64,000 bases of DNA from Botryllus schlosseri (Eukaryota). Under the pieces are notes generated by a model. That model saw only the letters and a list, made by a program, of their open reading frames with translations. It had not been told where the DNA came from and searched no databases. The stretch covers positions 6,822,001-6,886,000 of the forward strand of contig CM119371.1 of assembly GCA_051294905.1 (NCBI GenBank). The letters are read 5' to 3'. Position numbers and translations under genes: made by a program. This document shows positions 12,958-26,809 of this stretch, piece after piece (position 1 is the first letter of the stretch; each line of letters opens with the position of its first letter).

Positions 12958-14986
12958 GATTGTCGATCAACTATAATTATCCTACGATTATTATAATATA
13001 GTCAAGCACTGTTATTGAATTAAAGATGATTAGTTAACTGAAGACTCAAGTAATGCCTGTTGAAAGAATCGTAATACGTATATCAACATCTCGAGAATGA
13101 ATTGAAGGACCTTCAACTACCCACAAGGTGAACACTGAACAGTGCTAAATCAGACGCAACCCTGCCATAATGCAGTTATGAAAACTTCATCCATCGATTT
13201 GCTTTACTTTTTATTCGTTGTATTATTGAGTATTGACACGAAACCTAAGAGTTATTGCGGTCTAATACCCCCACCTCGCGAATGATCGAGTTGATTATCC
13301 GTAATCTAAATTGTATTTTGGAACATCGTCAATTAATTTCATACTGTGGTATATTCCAGGAGCGGCCGCATCAGCTTCATCCTCCAACCGAATATCACAA
13401 AGATTGGTTTTAACAGAGAAGCAACACGAAAATCACACTGATATCACTCCGTGTTTGGAAACGAAATCAGCGAAGCATGTAGCTTGTCAGTGTCATCTAA
13501 CGGATAATTAGTTTTTGCATTTGCAGTGTAGCCGTTACCACCAATGATATAATATTTATCATTGCGGTTACTGACGCGATAAACCTTGTGCTAGCAGTAA
13601 CAGTTATTCAGTTTATGAATATTTTATTCATTTCAAAACACCACAAGACTGCGACTAGACGATGTAGACAGGGATATTTAGAACTAGTTCTAGATATCCG
13701 TGGATGTAGAGAAGAGGCATGCACTCACACTGAATGGAAAAAAGTAAAGCAGAAAATATAAAAGACAAGCTAGCCATACAAATGGGTACACCGGTACAAT
13801 CTTTGAAAATAGCGGGATTACCTCCAGCAAAAAGTGGAGTACGTTACCTGCATCCGCGTGACACTCTCCCTGACTGTAAAATCTGCATTCACCGTGTGCC
13901 CTTTGACATTCGTTTGTTGTTTTAGTTTCATCATGGAAAACTGAATGGGATAGAACGGTAACTACGTGGCCTGTCAATCATTTACGGTTGAATAACAATC
14001 AGTAGAGCCAGAATCTTTCGATGGTTTGCTGTTATTCTCCGGCTTACGTAACAGCGTACAACGGGCCAAGTAAGTGCTATTATTATTATCTTAAGTAACT
14101 TGTCTTGTCTAAATTACTTTGAATGTAATTATTGACAGTATCTGGCATGTGCCTTGATAACGTTATGAAGTGAATGACTTGTAAACTCCTTGACACAGAA
14201 ATGTCCCAACACTGCAAACTCAGGCCTCTCGCGCTTTCCCTTCACTCAGTTTTTCTTTCACATTGTCAGGTGATTGCCCAAACAAAGGTCAACTTTCCGG
14301 CCCAGCTCTCGAAATGGCCGCCGGAGCGTTACTGCAGTGCTGACTGATTATGTCTCTGTCGAATTCGGCCTTATATTTAACCTCAATTCTCAAAAAAAGA
14401 GGACATTTGGGCGTCCTCCAAGGACACTTTCACAAAAGTAAAAAAGAGGGCAAATCCTCTTAAAAGAGGACGTATTGTAACCCTACAATACAGAATGTTT
14501 GGTGATGACGCTGGCACGAAGATGATATCTTTTTCGAATGGACAGCATCTGTTGCAGCCTGTGCTAATGTTGAACATCATTACTATAAACGTTGAAGGCT
14601 ACTTTGGGTAAGTTTGATCTTTGTAGATGCCTGAGATTATGGGATGGTATTAATCCAAGTTTTGAATCGGTCTGTGCTGATTTGTTATGAGGCTTTCTTG
14701 TGATCTGTATACAGGGCAAACTAGTTGTTTACCTAGACTTATTAGACCGAAAAGCATGTCATCTAATTCTGTCTATTCTAACTAATTTTGAAATACTGTG
14801 TACTGTGTAGCTATAATTCTGATGCGGTTTGAATAAAAACTGTGTACTCCTAATTCAAATTCTAGTCTAATTTGTAAAAAGTGTATCGCTCTAATTCTGA
14901 TATAATTTGGAAAAGCTGAAAATTTCCTAGTTGTTCAAATTTGATGCAGTGGTAGTGTTAACATTTGTGTTACTCGTGCCAAGAAA

Positions 14987-15493
14987 CGGGGTTGTAACCC
15001 AGTCACAAGTCAATCTCACTTTTATAGTTTTGACTCGATTCATGTTAAATTCACCACCGAGTCAAATCCAAGTCATGGAGTGGAGTGTCGAGTGCGAGTC
15101 ATAGTGTTTAGACTCGATTCCGAGTCATTGTGTTGACTGTTCGGCTCCCAGTTAATGTCACGCGAAACCCACTTCTTACACAACTCCGCCCAGTGATATT
15201 GAATGCTTTGCATTCATAATATACTAATTTTCCTCACTTTCGACAGTTTCTGGTAGCATTTTCAAGTACCAGTACTGATAGACGAAATAATAATAGCATG
15301 ATAACTTGATCATTCTTTGAAATTACTGAAATTACAATGAAATGCCTATCTTAGCAGACCCAACTTCGAGTCATATGACTTGGTCCGAGTCATGCGCAAT
15401 GACTCGAGTGCAATAAGTCGAGTAATTTTTCGTTTTTCAGAAAATGACTCGAGTCACCAAAAATGGCCACTCGAGTCTGACATTACAACCCTA
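14987..15493 (-). mobile_element. GACTCGAGTC-rich element, reverse orientation
   Basis: Ends GGGTTGTAAC / TTACAACCCTA; flanks CCAAGAAA / CCAAGAAT. Confidence 0.75.
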
Positions 15494-16230
15494 CCAAGAA
15501 TTAATGGAGGTTCACCTACCGTTTGAAACCATTCCACCCAGGCTGACATTATCTCATCACTTAACTCTTGTCCCTACCTTGTTTGTGATCATCAGGATTT
15601 TATTTTTCAGATGTAGGCCTACATGAAAAGTCCAATATCGACAAGTCATATCAGAACGCCACAGACCGTGCACTGATGGACGAGGATATTACTATGTCTG
15701 ATGTTGAAAAACCTGAAACTGTCACTGACACCCAACCCATTTGCTGGATATGAAGAGTCATGGCTATCTTTCATGTTAACCGTGTTTATACTTTGGTATA
15801 TGCGTCTTCATCTATCCAGCTGTGCCCCGGATAGCTTTGCAGAACTGGCAGGCATCTAGCAAGTTGTTGATTAATTGACAAGATTCCTTTTAATTCGTCA
15901 ATATACAATCCTGCACAATGCACAATTGCACATGAATATTGAGAGTAGTTTATTTATTGAATAGATGAGAAATGAGAGGCTTACAAACATATAAATAGCA
16001 GTCAACAATATATCCGATTTTAGTGTTCATATCGTTCCTTAATGACCGTGCAATAACTGATAACAATCATTAGATGCGCAGGGAGACAGTCAATAGGGCA
16101 GATAGAATGTGTTAATCTGAAAAAAATAAAATCAATATGACGTTTAATAAGAACTAAGTGCCGGTAGTGCTATGCAGATGCGTAACAGTATAATACACAA
16201 TTGCAGGCTCAGCGCAGTCGAATAATAACT

Positions 16231-16316
16231 TATAGATCGTTATCTGTATTTCTATTTATTTAACTTAGGCTACTATAGATCGTTATCTGTATTTCTATTT
16301 ATTTAACTTAGGCTAC
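16231..16316. repeat. 43-bp perfect tandem duplication
   Basis: TATAGATCG...TAGGCTAC occurs twice. Confidence 0.9.
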
Positions 16317-16838
16317 TTTGATTGGATATAGATAGAAGTCGCTTAAAAATACTAATATATGTTTCTACATTCTTGATTGATTTTTTTCAATCTAAGGAAG
16401 GAGGTTGACGAGCTACTACGCACATAATATAGTCGCCAGCTTCACTGGCCTTTTTTAGTAACCAGCACGCCAAATTGAGAGGTGGGGTCGCGACTATAAA
16501 AAGTTTGGGAACTCCTGGTCTAGATGCTAGCGAAATAATTATACACTATCCTGTTTTGATGGATCAAAAGTGATCGGAGTTGGTATAAGCTGGTCGGATA
16601 ACCAATTACTATACAATTTATGATGCAATTCAAACATATAGCATTGCAGCCTAAATACTACACATCGTACCGCACTATAGCATATTAGAAACTACAAAGG
16701 ACACTGGTGTCGATGTTCAACTTGATAGCGACGTACAGTCATTATAACTACATGAAAATTAATTTAGACTAGTCACGATAACGATAATAATGACACTTAC
16801 TTAACCCGATGTATGGCTGTTACGTAAGCCGTAGCACC

Positions 16839-19116
16839 CAGTGATGAGCACCGGAGCGGAGTCGGAGTGGATTCGGAGCGGAGTTTTGCCAATTTTGTGA
16901 TACCCGGAGTGGAGTCGGAGTTTATAGCAGATATTTTTCCGGAGTGTTGTAAGTTTTGCCCCCGATATCTATCGATAGCTTTGACCAGAAGACACTATTG
17001 ATTACAAACCAAAACACAGACAGTTGCACCTTGTAAAGTTGTAATATGACCGGTAACATGCAAAAATGATTGACAAGTGCATAAAAATCAGCCATCTGCA
17101 CTGCAATTGGGGACTGGAGAGTAACCTAGTGATCTAGCAAGGCATTTCCGTTGAGCAGTGTCTGTAGTTCACAAACTTGAAGGCACCCAATATCGTTCGC
17201 AGTGCATCATATTCTCCCTGCCTTGAGATGCAGTCTTTGAATCCACTGCTGAATGTCACCATATTATGAGATGAGATCTCCAGAATCTTCCACGTTGCTG
17301 TCATTGCAGTCTTCTATAGTCACATCATATTCCTCCTTGCGTATTTGTATCGTGACTAATTTTCATGCTACCCCAGTAATTGTGCGAAACATTTACCGCA
17401 ACATACAGCGGGGCTTCCCTATGATACAGCCTTTAGCTACCCTGATTCTTCCAGCAAGTTCATGATCATAACGGAATATATCCCATTATCCTGATGACAT
17501 TCAATATAGTAATAGGTCCATTTTGTGAAAATGTATTCCCAACGTTGGTATCAGTTGAAACAAGATAATATCCGATACCACTTTTGTGATAACTTTTCGC
17601 AACTTTCATCGTACTTGCAATTTGCAGTGAGAGATATAGATAATAAGTGTTACATCAATATTACCTTTATATCTGTGAGAAATATACATACAACAAGCAA
17701 GTATCTGGATGGAAACAATAATAACTTATGCAATGTGTTACATGATTTAATGACATTGCCACGACTTTTCGCTAGTAAGATCCGCTCACAGAGGCATACC
17801 AGCATCTAAGCCCGCTTTAAAGATTTCAACAATACATAAATCACCAAGGTAAGCTGATCTTACCCTGTAAAAACAGAATATTCCGAATTTTTGAACAGCC
17901 ACACTAAATAACTACAACCGTCTGCTTTGCTCTGCTCGCATCAACTCAACTATGCTTCCTTCAATATTGATTGACGTAGTCAGTCATCCAGAACTCTTCT
18001 GAATTTTCGTCATGTAATGTTTTGTTTGATTGAGAAATGACTTTGATGTGATAAGAAAAATCAGCACCGCTATCAAGTTTCTGCTGCTGGTCTGTCTCAG
18101 ACTCCAAATTCCAGATATCATGTATCAGCTTCAAAATTGGAAGTCACTAGTCATTTAGTCAACTCCAAGGAGCGTCGATCGGTGCGTCAGTGATGCATCA
18201 TGTATGTTTAGTACAGTGCAGTTCCATCAACTGTTTCATGGCGATGCGGAACTTAATTTACTGAAACCTGTGATGTGATCGTCGATTTCGGTGGTGTTAG
18301 TGGTAGTTAGTTCGAACTGACTGGTCTTCCTTCGTCGTTTTCATATAATGACTGAAGCACCGTCGACGTCAAGTGGGTTACTCTCTAAGACGCAGAAAAA
18401 GAGTGACGTGTGGAAGGATTTCACTCTGATGCTGCATGATAATAACGGCCAGTATACTGGGTTTGCGAGATGTCAAAATTGCAATGTTCAGCTAAAGCAT
18501 CACAAGTTGACAAGTGGTACGTCGCATCTTCGAAGACATATCGAAGCTTGTAAGAAGAATTGATCGCAGTTGAAATGCAAGTAAGCGAGTAATCAAAGGA
18601 GAAGGTGATCATGGGGAACACTGATCGCCGGGTGGAGAATACCGAAGAAGTGCCGGTTTGTCGTGGTGTTGTGCAGAAGACGTTTTGCCATCCAGACTTA
18701 CGGTGAAACGTAAGTTCGATGAGGAGGCTTCATCTTTGAAGCAGAAGCTGTCAGAGGAACTAAGAGTTGCTATCAAGTGTTATGGGCTGGCTGGCATCAC
18801 CACAGATATGTGGACCGATCTAGAGGGTCGCAGTTCTATTAGCTTGACTTACCATTTTGTTGGAGAGAACTTGACTTTCAGAAGTTCGGCAATTCACGGA
18901 TACTAAAAAAACTGGTACGAATATCAGACAGGCTATCGAAAACATCGATTGGGATTCTTCGACAATGGTCTGAATATATTTCGGGGACTGGACAAGATTC
19001 GTCGGGTTATCTCGGAGTCTGGGATTGAGATCCCCGGAGTCGGAGGGACTTTGCCTCAGAGACCAAAGTTGTCGGAGGGACTCGGAGTCTCGAAAAGCAG
19101 ACTCCGCTCATCACTG
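16839..19116 (+). mobile_element. Deleted hAT (Ac/Hermes-like) element
   Basis: TIR CAGTGATGAGC / GCTCATCACTG, flanking duplication TAGCACC, subterminal CGGAG repeats and transposase remnants. Confidence 0.85.
18348..18906 (+). pseudogene. zf-BED hAT transposase remnant (disrupted and truncated)
   Basis: BED finger SDVWKDF..ARCQNC..LKH..SGTSHLRRH. The downstream frame reads LPSRLTVKR..GITTDMWTD, containing the first catalytic Asp. Confidence 0.85.
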
Positions 19117-19407
19117 TAGCACCACAGCAAACCACCAAAACATTCTGGGTTGATTGATTGTTATCTACTGATTGTTATTCAACCGTAAATGATTGACAGG
19201 CCACGCAGTTACCGTTCTATCCCATTCAGTTTTCCATGGTTTCATGCTTGGTTGTTCCAAAGTCTATGTTGAGCGACTGTGGGTTGTTCTAAATCAGGGG
19301 CGGGCAACATGCGGCCCGCAGCTAGCTTCCGGTCGTATACGATAATGTGGCCCTCGTCTACATTCACTCGCGAGCCAATGTTTTCGACAATGAACATTAG
19401 CCTAACA

Positions 19408-20837
19408 CAGTGGTTCTCAACCTTTTTGGCTTCGCGGACCCCTTTTGACCGTCACGGACCCTCGCGGACCCCCTCAAGTTTTAGTAAAATTTTAGCTCTA
19501 TTATGGTGCAACCTTCATCTGTTTTGTGCACATATGAACTGTAGGCTTGTGATAAACAGCAAAATATTGGTTTTTCTTGAAGATGACATCATACTATTTA
19601 TGTAGAAATTGGTGGACTTTTGTTATTTCAAAGCTAATTTTGCTGCTGTATTTCTTGAAGTACGTGGTCGTGTCTTGAAAATCCGCGTCTTTGTTTTGAT
19701 ATGAACGAGGAGTGCCGAAAATCATTTCCACAAAGATAGATGAAGGCTAATGCAATATTAACACATAACGCTTCCGACGATACTGTTGGCGTGATTGCAA
19801 CATTTATGGCTCCAAATGAAGAAACACATATTTTATGAACATATCACGTCAAGCATCTAGCGCAGGGACGGGCAACATACGGACCGCTGGTCGGATTCGG
19901 CCTGCAACGACATTTTGATCGGCGCGCAGAGAGTTTCTACTGTCAAAGTGAAATCCTCATCTAGAAGTGCAGACAAATTTTATGCGCAAACTAATGGATC
20001 CAAGTTTCCAACCAGAGAAAGACTGTCATGAAACGATTTGTTCTGTTCGGGTTTGCATATATATTTACGAGCAAACATTTTCGACCATGAGCAATTGAAT
20101 ATTAACGAGACAAGGCTGCATACCAATATAACTGATGATATGAATTTCGGGGCTGGAGCGTAATGCTTTGATAGCAACGAAACACTCCTTGTTCATCAAA
20201 AAATCAGCCTTGTCGATAGGGCATCCGCAATAAGAATGCTCAAAATCTGACAGCCGAGCTTTAAGAGTATAGATATATCATTGTCCGACTTATGACGAGC
20301 GTCAGCCGAAAATATTCGGGTTCATTTCAATATGAATATACTATTCAATTGTATATTAAAGTTCTGTACCTCCAAGAAGCTGTTCCATGCATTGGGCCAA
20401 ATTATGGAAATACTTCGGAAATTTTTATTTCAAACGACTGTTCACTAATTTGATGAGACTGCTAACTTCAAATTGAAAAGGTTTCGCAGACATTACGAAG
20501 TCACCCTGATTGACGTTACTATAGTGTACTATAATATCTCCATATTTTTATTTTTTCCACAAACCCCAACAAAACATCTCTAAACAGCAATTTGTTTGTA
20601 TCAGCAGGTTTTTGGAAAATTGGCAATGAAACTGAGTTTCCACACTACGACAGTCCATGTCAGACGATTATTATGATGATATGAGTCATGAGGTTTTAGC
20701 ATTTGTGGTGCGAAACTGCCTCATGCTTTCTTAAATTAAAAAATAAAATAAAAAATATGTTATCAGCCTTTTTAAAAATTTAGAGGTCTCGCGGACCCCC
20801 TGAAATTGCTTCGCGGACCCCCGGTTGAGAACCGCTG
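19408..20837 (-). mobile_element. Nested hAT Buster-type element with a decayed transposase C-terminus
   Basis: TIR CAGTGGTTCTCAACC / GGTTGAGAACCGCTG and TSD GCCTAACA. A minus-strand remnant ..FSALLVHIKTKTR lies at about 19690-19740, and a further hAT end starts at 19863. Confidence 0.85.
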
Positions 20838-21509
20838 GCCTAACAAGACCAAGCCTCGTTCCAGTCAAACTTATGTTGACGTGCAGTCTTCACTGAGGGT
20901 TTATACGTCCAACATGCAGCCAGAGAGTTCAAAGAACTTGTATCGACCACGGATTGACTTTAACGCAGCTATTGAAGTAGGCCTACGTTACTAAATTAAT
21001 TGACTACTGTTGTTGGTCTCTATGCTTACGCTTAAAAGTCTGTATGAAATACGATTTGTACCTTGTATAAGTGGATGAAGACGCGATTGATGCGCCGATT
21101 AACGTCGGTTTTGCAATATACTGATTTGCCCGATGACTGTGTGAATAGATGTTGTTGTATTAGGTTTCGGGATATGATATTGGTTGATGAGATGGTACAG
21201 AAGTAGGAGACAGGGCTAGTGGTCGATTGCGGTGGTGGGCTGTGGCACCTATCCGGCGTCGTTGGGCACCCAAGTGGTACCCCACCTAATACCGACATAT
21301 ATAGCCGCCACAATTTTGTGGTTACCAGTTGGTTTCCCTCGTGGTCACTTGCTTTCGACCCGCGTTGGTCCCTTGTTGTCCCCAAGTGGCCGTGTTACCT
21401 GAGTTGGATGAACATCAGGATTTTTGAATTTGGATTACGCCAAATTTGTGGGGGGTGAACCCAGCTGAGTCTTGCTCTGGTTGGCGGATCACCTCACCAT
21501 GTCCGTCGT

Positions 21510-22145
21510 TGGTCATTTGCAAGGTGAAATCATTCCTTGCTCATTTGCAAGCATTCTTTCCCATTTGCAAGGTAAAGCCTTTCCCATTTGCAAGATTTGT
21601 TACCCATTTGCAGGGTAAATCGTTGCCCATTTGCAAGGTAAATCCTTACCTATTTGCAAGATTCCTTACACATTTGCAAGGTAAGTCCTTGCCTTTACCT
21701 ATCTGATGGATTTCGTTGTCTTTTGCAAGGTAAGTCGTTTGATTTCTGATGGATTTCAAGGTAAATCGTGATGAGAATCTGGAGTTGGATTTCGCTGAAT
21801 TGGTGGGGGGCATATGCTAGCACCAACTACATCTGGCGTTAGTTTTGAATCAAAATGTGGATTTTCGGATTTGATGGAAATCTGGATTTGGATCAATCCG
21901 AATTGGTGGTGGGGAGAGGTCATACGGTTGCACCAATTAACGTCAGTTTTGGATGAACATCTGGATATTTGATTTTTGATTTCGCCGAATTTGTGTAGGG
22001 TGAACCCGTCTTGCTCCACCATGTCGTGTGTTTCGACCGTTGTTGGTCATTTGCGAGGTGAAATCATTCCTTGCTCATTTGCAAGGTAAAGCCATTTCCA
22101 TTTGTTTCCCATTTGCAAGATAAATCCTTACCCATTTGCAAGGTA
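21510..22145. repeat. Minisatellite-like array (CCCATTTGCAAGGTAAA core) within an unclassified insertion of about 21095-22150
   Basis: More than ten TTTGCAAG cores. The block at about 21400-21600 is repeated at about 21945-22145, and the insertion is absent from the paralog near 50300. Confidence 0.8.
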
Positions 22146-23218
22146 TACGAGCACCAACCCTATCGATCCGGCCCGCCAAGTAGCCTACATCATTTTTCCA
22201 TTTCCGGACCGCCGAATCGAGAAGTTGCCTCCCGGGTTCTGAATGTTCAGTTGTTCACCGCATAATAATCAGGTCGATAACTTGCTAGATTCCCAATTTC
22301 ATGCGTTCAATACAGTTTATTTTTACAAACAGTAGTTAAGTAACAAACACAGTTATGTCCGATTCATTTCGCAGAAGATGACGAGAATTTACTCTTACGC
22401 AGTTGTAGCAACAGATAGGACAATGGCAAATAAGAGACATTGAATTTCTGGACTCTCTTCTTCTGAGTAAATACCAGTGTTGGGATGACTCGAGTCATGA
22501 CTTGACTCGAGTCACCTTTTTCGTATGACTTGAGTTGACTCGAGTCACTTTGTTAAAATGACCTGACTTGAATCGCGCCAAGTGTTTACACCGTATCCTA
22601 TACATGCCATTGCTGTGTAGGCTACAGCATTAAAATTCTGATGCGGCGTTTTAACACTGGCACTGTACTCGTTAACATTAAGCCATACAGCTCAATTCAA
22701 TCTTTAAATGTGCGATTTTTATTCAACTGTAACTGTAGTAAGAGCAATATGGGCGGATATAACGACGTGATCAATAGAAATTCGATTTGTACCAAATGGC
22801 CAATGGTTTGACGTTCGATATTGGTGCACTCGTTACCAGTCCATCCGGTGTCGATCAAGCTTATCGGAATATAATATTTTCCCGTTGAAACGAGTCGAAT
22901 AATCGAATTAAACACTGTGCCATGCCCATAACGAATTAAACTATGCAGTGTGCACATTGCACATTTACAAGTTTACGAAACAGATGATTACAAATTGGAA
23001 ATCGCGTATCAAATCAGTAATTTGTCTCCAACATAAAATACCATGGGGTTTTGGGCTACTCTTCTGCCATCCCCTATTTACGCTAGAAAATCCTTACTTG
23101 AGTGAATGACGATGATGCGGGCTCTAGTGCAGGACCACCCCTAAAAACTCGCCATCTTCCGTGGGTCCTGCACTTATTTTGGTATCCCATCTTGAAAGAT
23201 ACTTTTCAAAACTCTTTA

Positions 23219-23912
23219 AGGGACTAGAAAGTCAAAATTTGAAATATGAAAATTTTCATTTTTTTCCTTGGCTTGAAATATTGACATAGTACCTATACTC
23301 TGACCTCATGGCCTTATCTTACCCAAAACATAACTAATAACTTCATAATTTCGATTTTCATCGGCACCGGTTAGTATCTGTTATTACTGGTAAAATGTTT
23401 ATTAACGTTTTTCTCCTTAGTAAAATTTTGTTAAACAGCGTCACGGTAAATCAAAAATTTGTATGACATATATGTCGTATAGTATTCATTAAGGTTTTTT
23501 TGAAAATCTAACATAGAGACCTGTGTTATGCTAAGAGACGTTTGGCCTAGGACTACCTTACTCTGAATTACAGAGCTTCACAGCAGACTTTTTGAGAAAA
23601 TGACCTGAAATTTGAAATTTCAAAATGGAATTTCTCCTAGAAGGGTTGCACATATTCCTTCATATTTTAGCATAACACAGCACTGTCCTAGTACTTCCTA
23701 CAGAAGGCGTTAGATTGAAAAAAGGGCTTCACAATATTGAGATTTAGCATTCCCCGTGTCGGTGCATTTTTTCTCCTTCAAATCCACAACCTGCAGGGTA
23801 GAACCAAACTATTTGTTTTTTTTGTATATAGCATAGCGACATCTAGCGACTGAAAATTTCATGGTGATGGGGGTAGTCTTCTGAGAGTTAGGTTTCTGAC
23901 TTGCTAGTCCCC
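23219..23912. mobile_element. Kolobok-like non-autonomous element (TTAA-flanked)
   Basis: TTAA-GGGACTAGAAAGTCA ... TGACTTGCTAGTCCCC-TTAA. Confidence 0.55.
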
Positions 23913-24627
23913 TTAAGTAGGTTTGCTCTACTTCTACAACTACCTCCAGTGGCTCGTTTTTCCACTCTTACACTTCTACTGAACAGATTTGTAGGAAAAA
24001 CTAGTTGCTTCTTACACTTTGGATCTCGTGGGAAGAAGTTTTGTGATACTTGCAATTCTTACTCGAGTGGTAACAATTTCAAACTACTTCCATTACAGTA
24101 TTTTTTGAAAACTAGGCCTAGAATAATCAACTTTTTCACGAATTTGGAAATTCCTACTTGTAGCCTACTTGAGTAGAAACTTACAACACTGCTTAGCCTC
24201 TTATTTGAGTGGCAACGATGAATACCTTGATATCTGCTCACGAAACAGCAATCTCGATTCAACCCCAACCTTCACCCACATTCGTCACTCACCTGCTTAC
24301 ATCGGGATCAACCGACTTTTCCTGTAGGCACCAACACCAACGGTGGGACCTGGAGCACTTTCTGGTCGCTAACCTCACGTTGCTGGGCGGCGGGCCAGGA
24401 AGTCATCCCGAATGAGGGGGACTCTGGAATAAAAGGGATTCTGTTTTTAGGGAAACATGAAACAAATTGTGACTCGATTATAACTGTAACTACAGTGTTT
24501 GACAAATTAGATTAGAATTAGAATGATAGCTATATAGTTTTTTTTTTTTTCGAATGAGATTAGAATTAGAATTATAACTACTCGGTGTTTTCCAAATGAT
24601 ATTAGAACTACAATTATAGGGAATTAG

Positions 24628-25651
24628 CAGGGTTGTAATGACTCGAGTCATGACTCGACTCAAGTTAGACTCGAGTCACGATTTTCTAATGACTCGACTT
24701 GACTCGAGTCATTTTCTCAAAACACAGAAATGACTCGAGTTGACTCGAGTCATTTCCTCGAAATACAGGAATGCCTCGACTTGACTCGAGTCATTTTCTC
24801 AAAATACGGAAATGACTCGACTCGAGTAAACGTGTGTATTGACTCGACTTGGACTCGAGTCATTGCGCATGACTCGAACCAAGTCATATGACTCGAGACT
24901 CAGACGACCAAGACCGACATTCATTGTAATTTCGCAGAACAAATAAAGTAACCACCCTATTGGGATTTCTTCTATTGGTACTGGTACTTGAAAATGCAAC
25001 CAAAAAATGTTAAAAGTGAGGAAAATCAGTATTATAGAAATGCGAACTATTCAATATCAACAAACAGAGTTATAAAAGTGGGTTTAGCACAGGGTTGTAA
25101 TGACTCGAGTCATGACTCGACTCGAGTCACGATTTTTGGATGACTTGACTCGATTCGAGACATTTTCTCAAAATACGGAAATGACTCGACTCGACTCAAG
25201 TCAATCTGTGTATTGACTTGGACTCGAGTCATTGCGCATGACTCGAAGCAAGTCATTGACTCGAGATACAGACGGCCAAGACCGACATTTCATTGTAATT
25301 TCGAAGTCAACACATTATTGGGATTGGGTTTGTAGGTACTGATGCTTGAAAATGCGACCAGAAACTGCTAAAAGTGAGGAAAATTGCTATATTATAAATG
25401 CGAACCATTCAATATCACCAAACAGAGTTAAAAAAGAGGGTTTAGGAAGACTTTAACTGGAAACTGAGCAGTCAACACAATGACTTGGACTCGAGTCATA
25501 ATACTATGACTCGGACTCGATCCTCTGTTCGCTGACTTGGACTCGGACTTGACTCGGTGGGAATTGAAAATGACTCGACTTGACTCGAGTCAAAACTAGA
25601 AAAGTGGGGTTGACTTGTGACTCGGAGCTTTATGACTTGGTTACAACCCTG
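24628..25651 (+). mobile_element. Complete GACTCGAGTC-rich element with an internal head duplication
   Basis: TIR CAGGGTTGTAA / TTACAACCCTG and flanking GAATTAG on both sides. A second left end lies at 25090. Confidence 0.85.
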
Positions 25652-26809
25652 GAATTAGAATTACTGGATTTGTAAAAAGCTGGCCGTAGCATGAAGTTGA
25701 GTCCATATCAAATTATAGTTTGTTCTCATAAGCACGAGAAAGGCAAATGCCTATTATACAGCAAGCTTGGCTCGTTTCATTGTTATTGTCTTATTCACTA
25801 CAGGCATGGGAATACGACTGAGGGCATCACACCATCACATTTTCTAAAAGGGGGCACTTATGTAAAAAAGAGGTCAAGAGCCACTGTTCTATATCAAGGG
25901 TATCATTTGGAGGCTGTCACATGATATGTTCGAATAATTATGCTGTTAAAAATAGATATCTCCTGGTTTTGATAGTGTATTTATGACAGGTTTTCAAATC
26001 TAGTTACATAATTCAGTAGTTTGAAAGACAGCAAATTCTACTGCTACCTGAAGTAGGCTACTTTTGGGTTGCTTGGAACAGCAATACTATTGCTAATACT
26101 TGAGTGAAATATGCACCGTCTTGACTATTTTGACAACTTCTGATCATGCATGCGGACTAGGGTGGTTCAGAAATAACTTTTTTTTTTAATTCCTAGGATT
26201 CACCGATTATATTGCTAGGTTGCCGAAAAACGCTCCACACCAATTTGGCTCGTTTCAACCAGTAAAAGCCGACGTAGAGCCAATTGAAATTTTGGAAATT
26301 ATTATAATTTGTTTTCTTCAAATTTCATTGTCAACGCCATAAAATTGTTAAGTTGCTTAAAAGAACAATGCATAACAATTTTTCTCAATTCAAACTGGTA
26401 GAAGCAAAGTTGCTGCAATTAAAAGGTTTAGATTTGCAAAAATAGCATTGATGGTGGGTAATCCCAGAATTATTAATGAAAAACTCAATTAACTTCTCTT
26501 TTACGGGTTGGAATTGCTTCAAATTTGTTTTGCAACTTTCTGTAGACAACTCAACAATTTCATGAGGTTCACAGCAACAACAAAAAAAATTTGAATAAAT
26601 ACCGTAATAAATTTCAATTGACTCTGCCTCGACTTCTACTGGTAGGAATTAAGCCAAATTTTGTGTGCAGCATTTTAAGGCAACCTGACATTCTAATCAG
26701 TGAATCCCGGGGATATGGAAAATAAGTTATTTTTGAACAATCCTAATGCATGCAATCGCTGATACCGGTAGTTTTTTTTTTTGTGACTATTTCGCGACAA
26801 CCAAAAGAC

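Larger units (their letters stand above)
13932..19238. mobile_element. Long-TIR non-autonomous element, P-superfamily/Galileo-like, with nested insertions
   Basis: About 75-bp near-perfect TIRs beginning CATGGAAAAC and a 7-bp TSD GTTTCAT. The paralogous site near 49925 is empty. TIR homology continues at about 16785-16838, beyond a nested hAT. Confidence 0.75.
19295..22236 (+). mobile_element. hAT Buster-type MITE expanded by nested insertions
   Basis: CAGGGGCGGGCAAC start, with flanks TTCTAAAT / TTCTGAAT. An unexpanded paralog lies at 49950-50384. Confidence 0.75.

Noticed and set aside
24628..25651. GACTCGAGTC palindromic arrays resembling a CRISPR array
   Set aside because: Spacing is irregular, there are no unique spacers and no cas genes, and the arrays are bounded by TIRs. 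They are subterminal repeats of a eukaryotic MITE.
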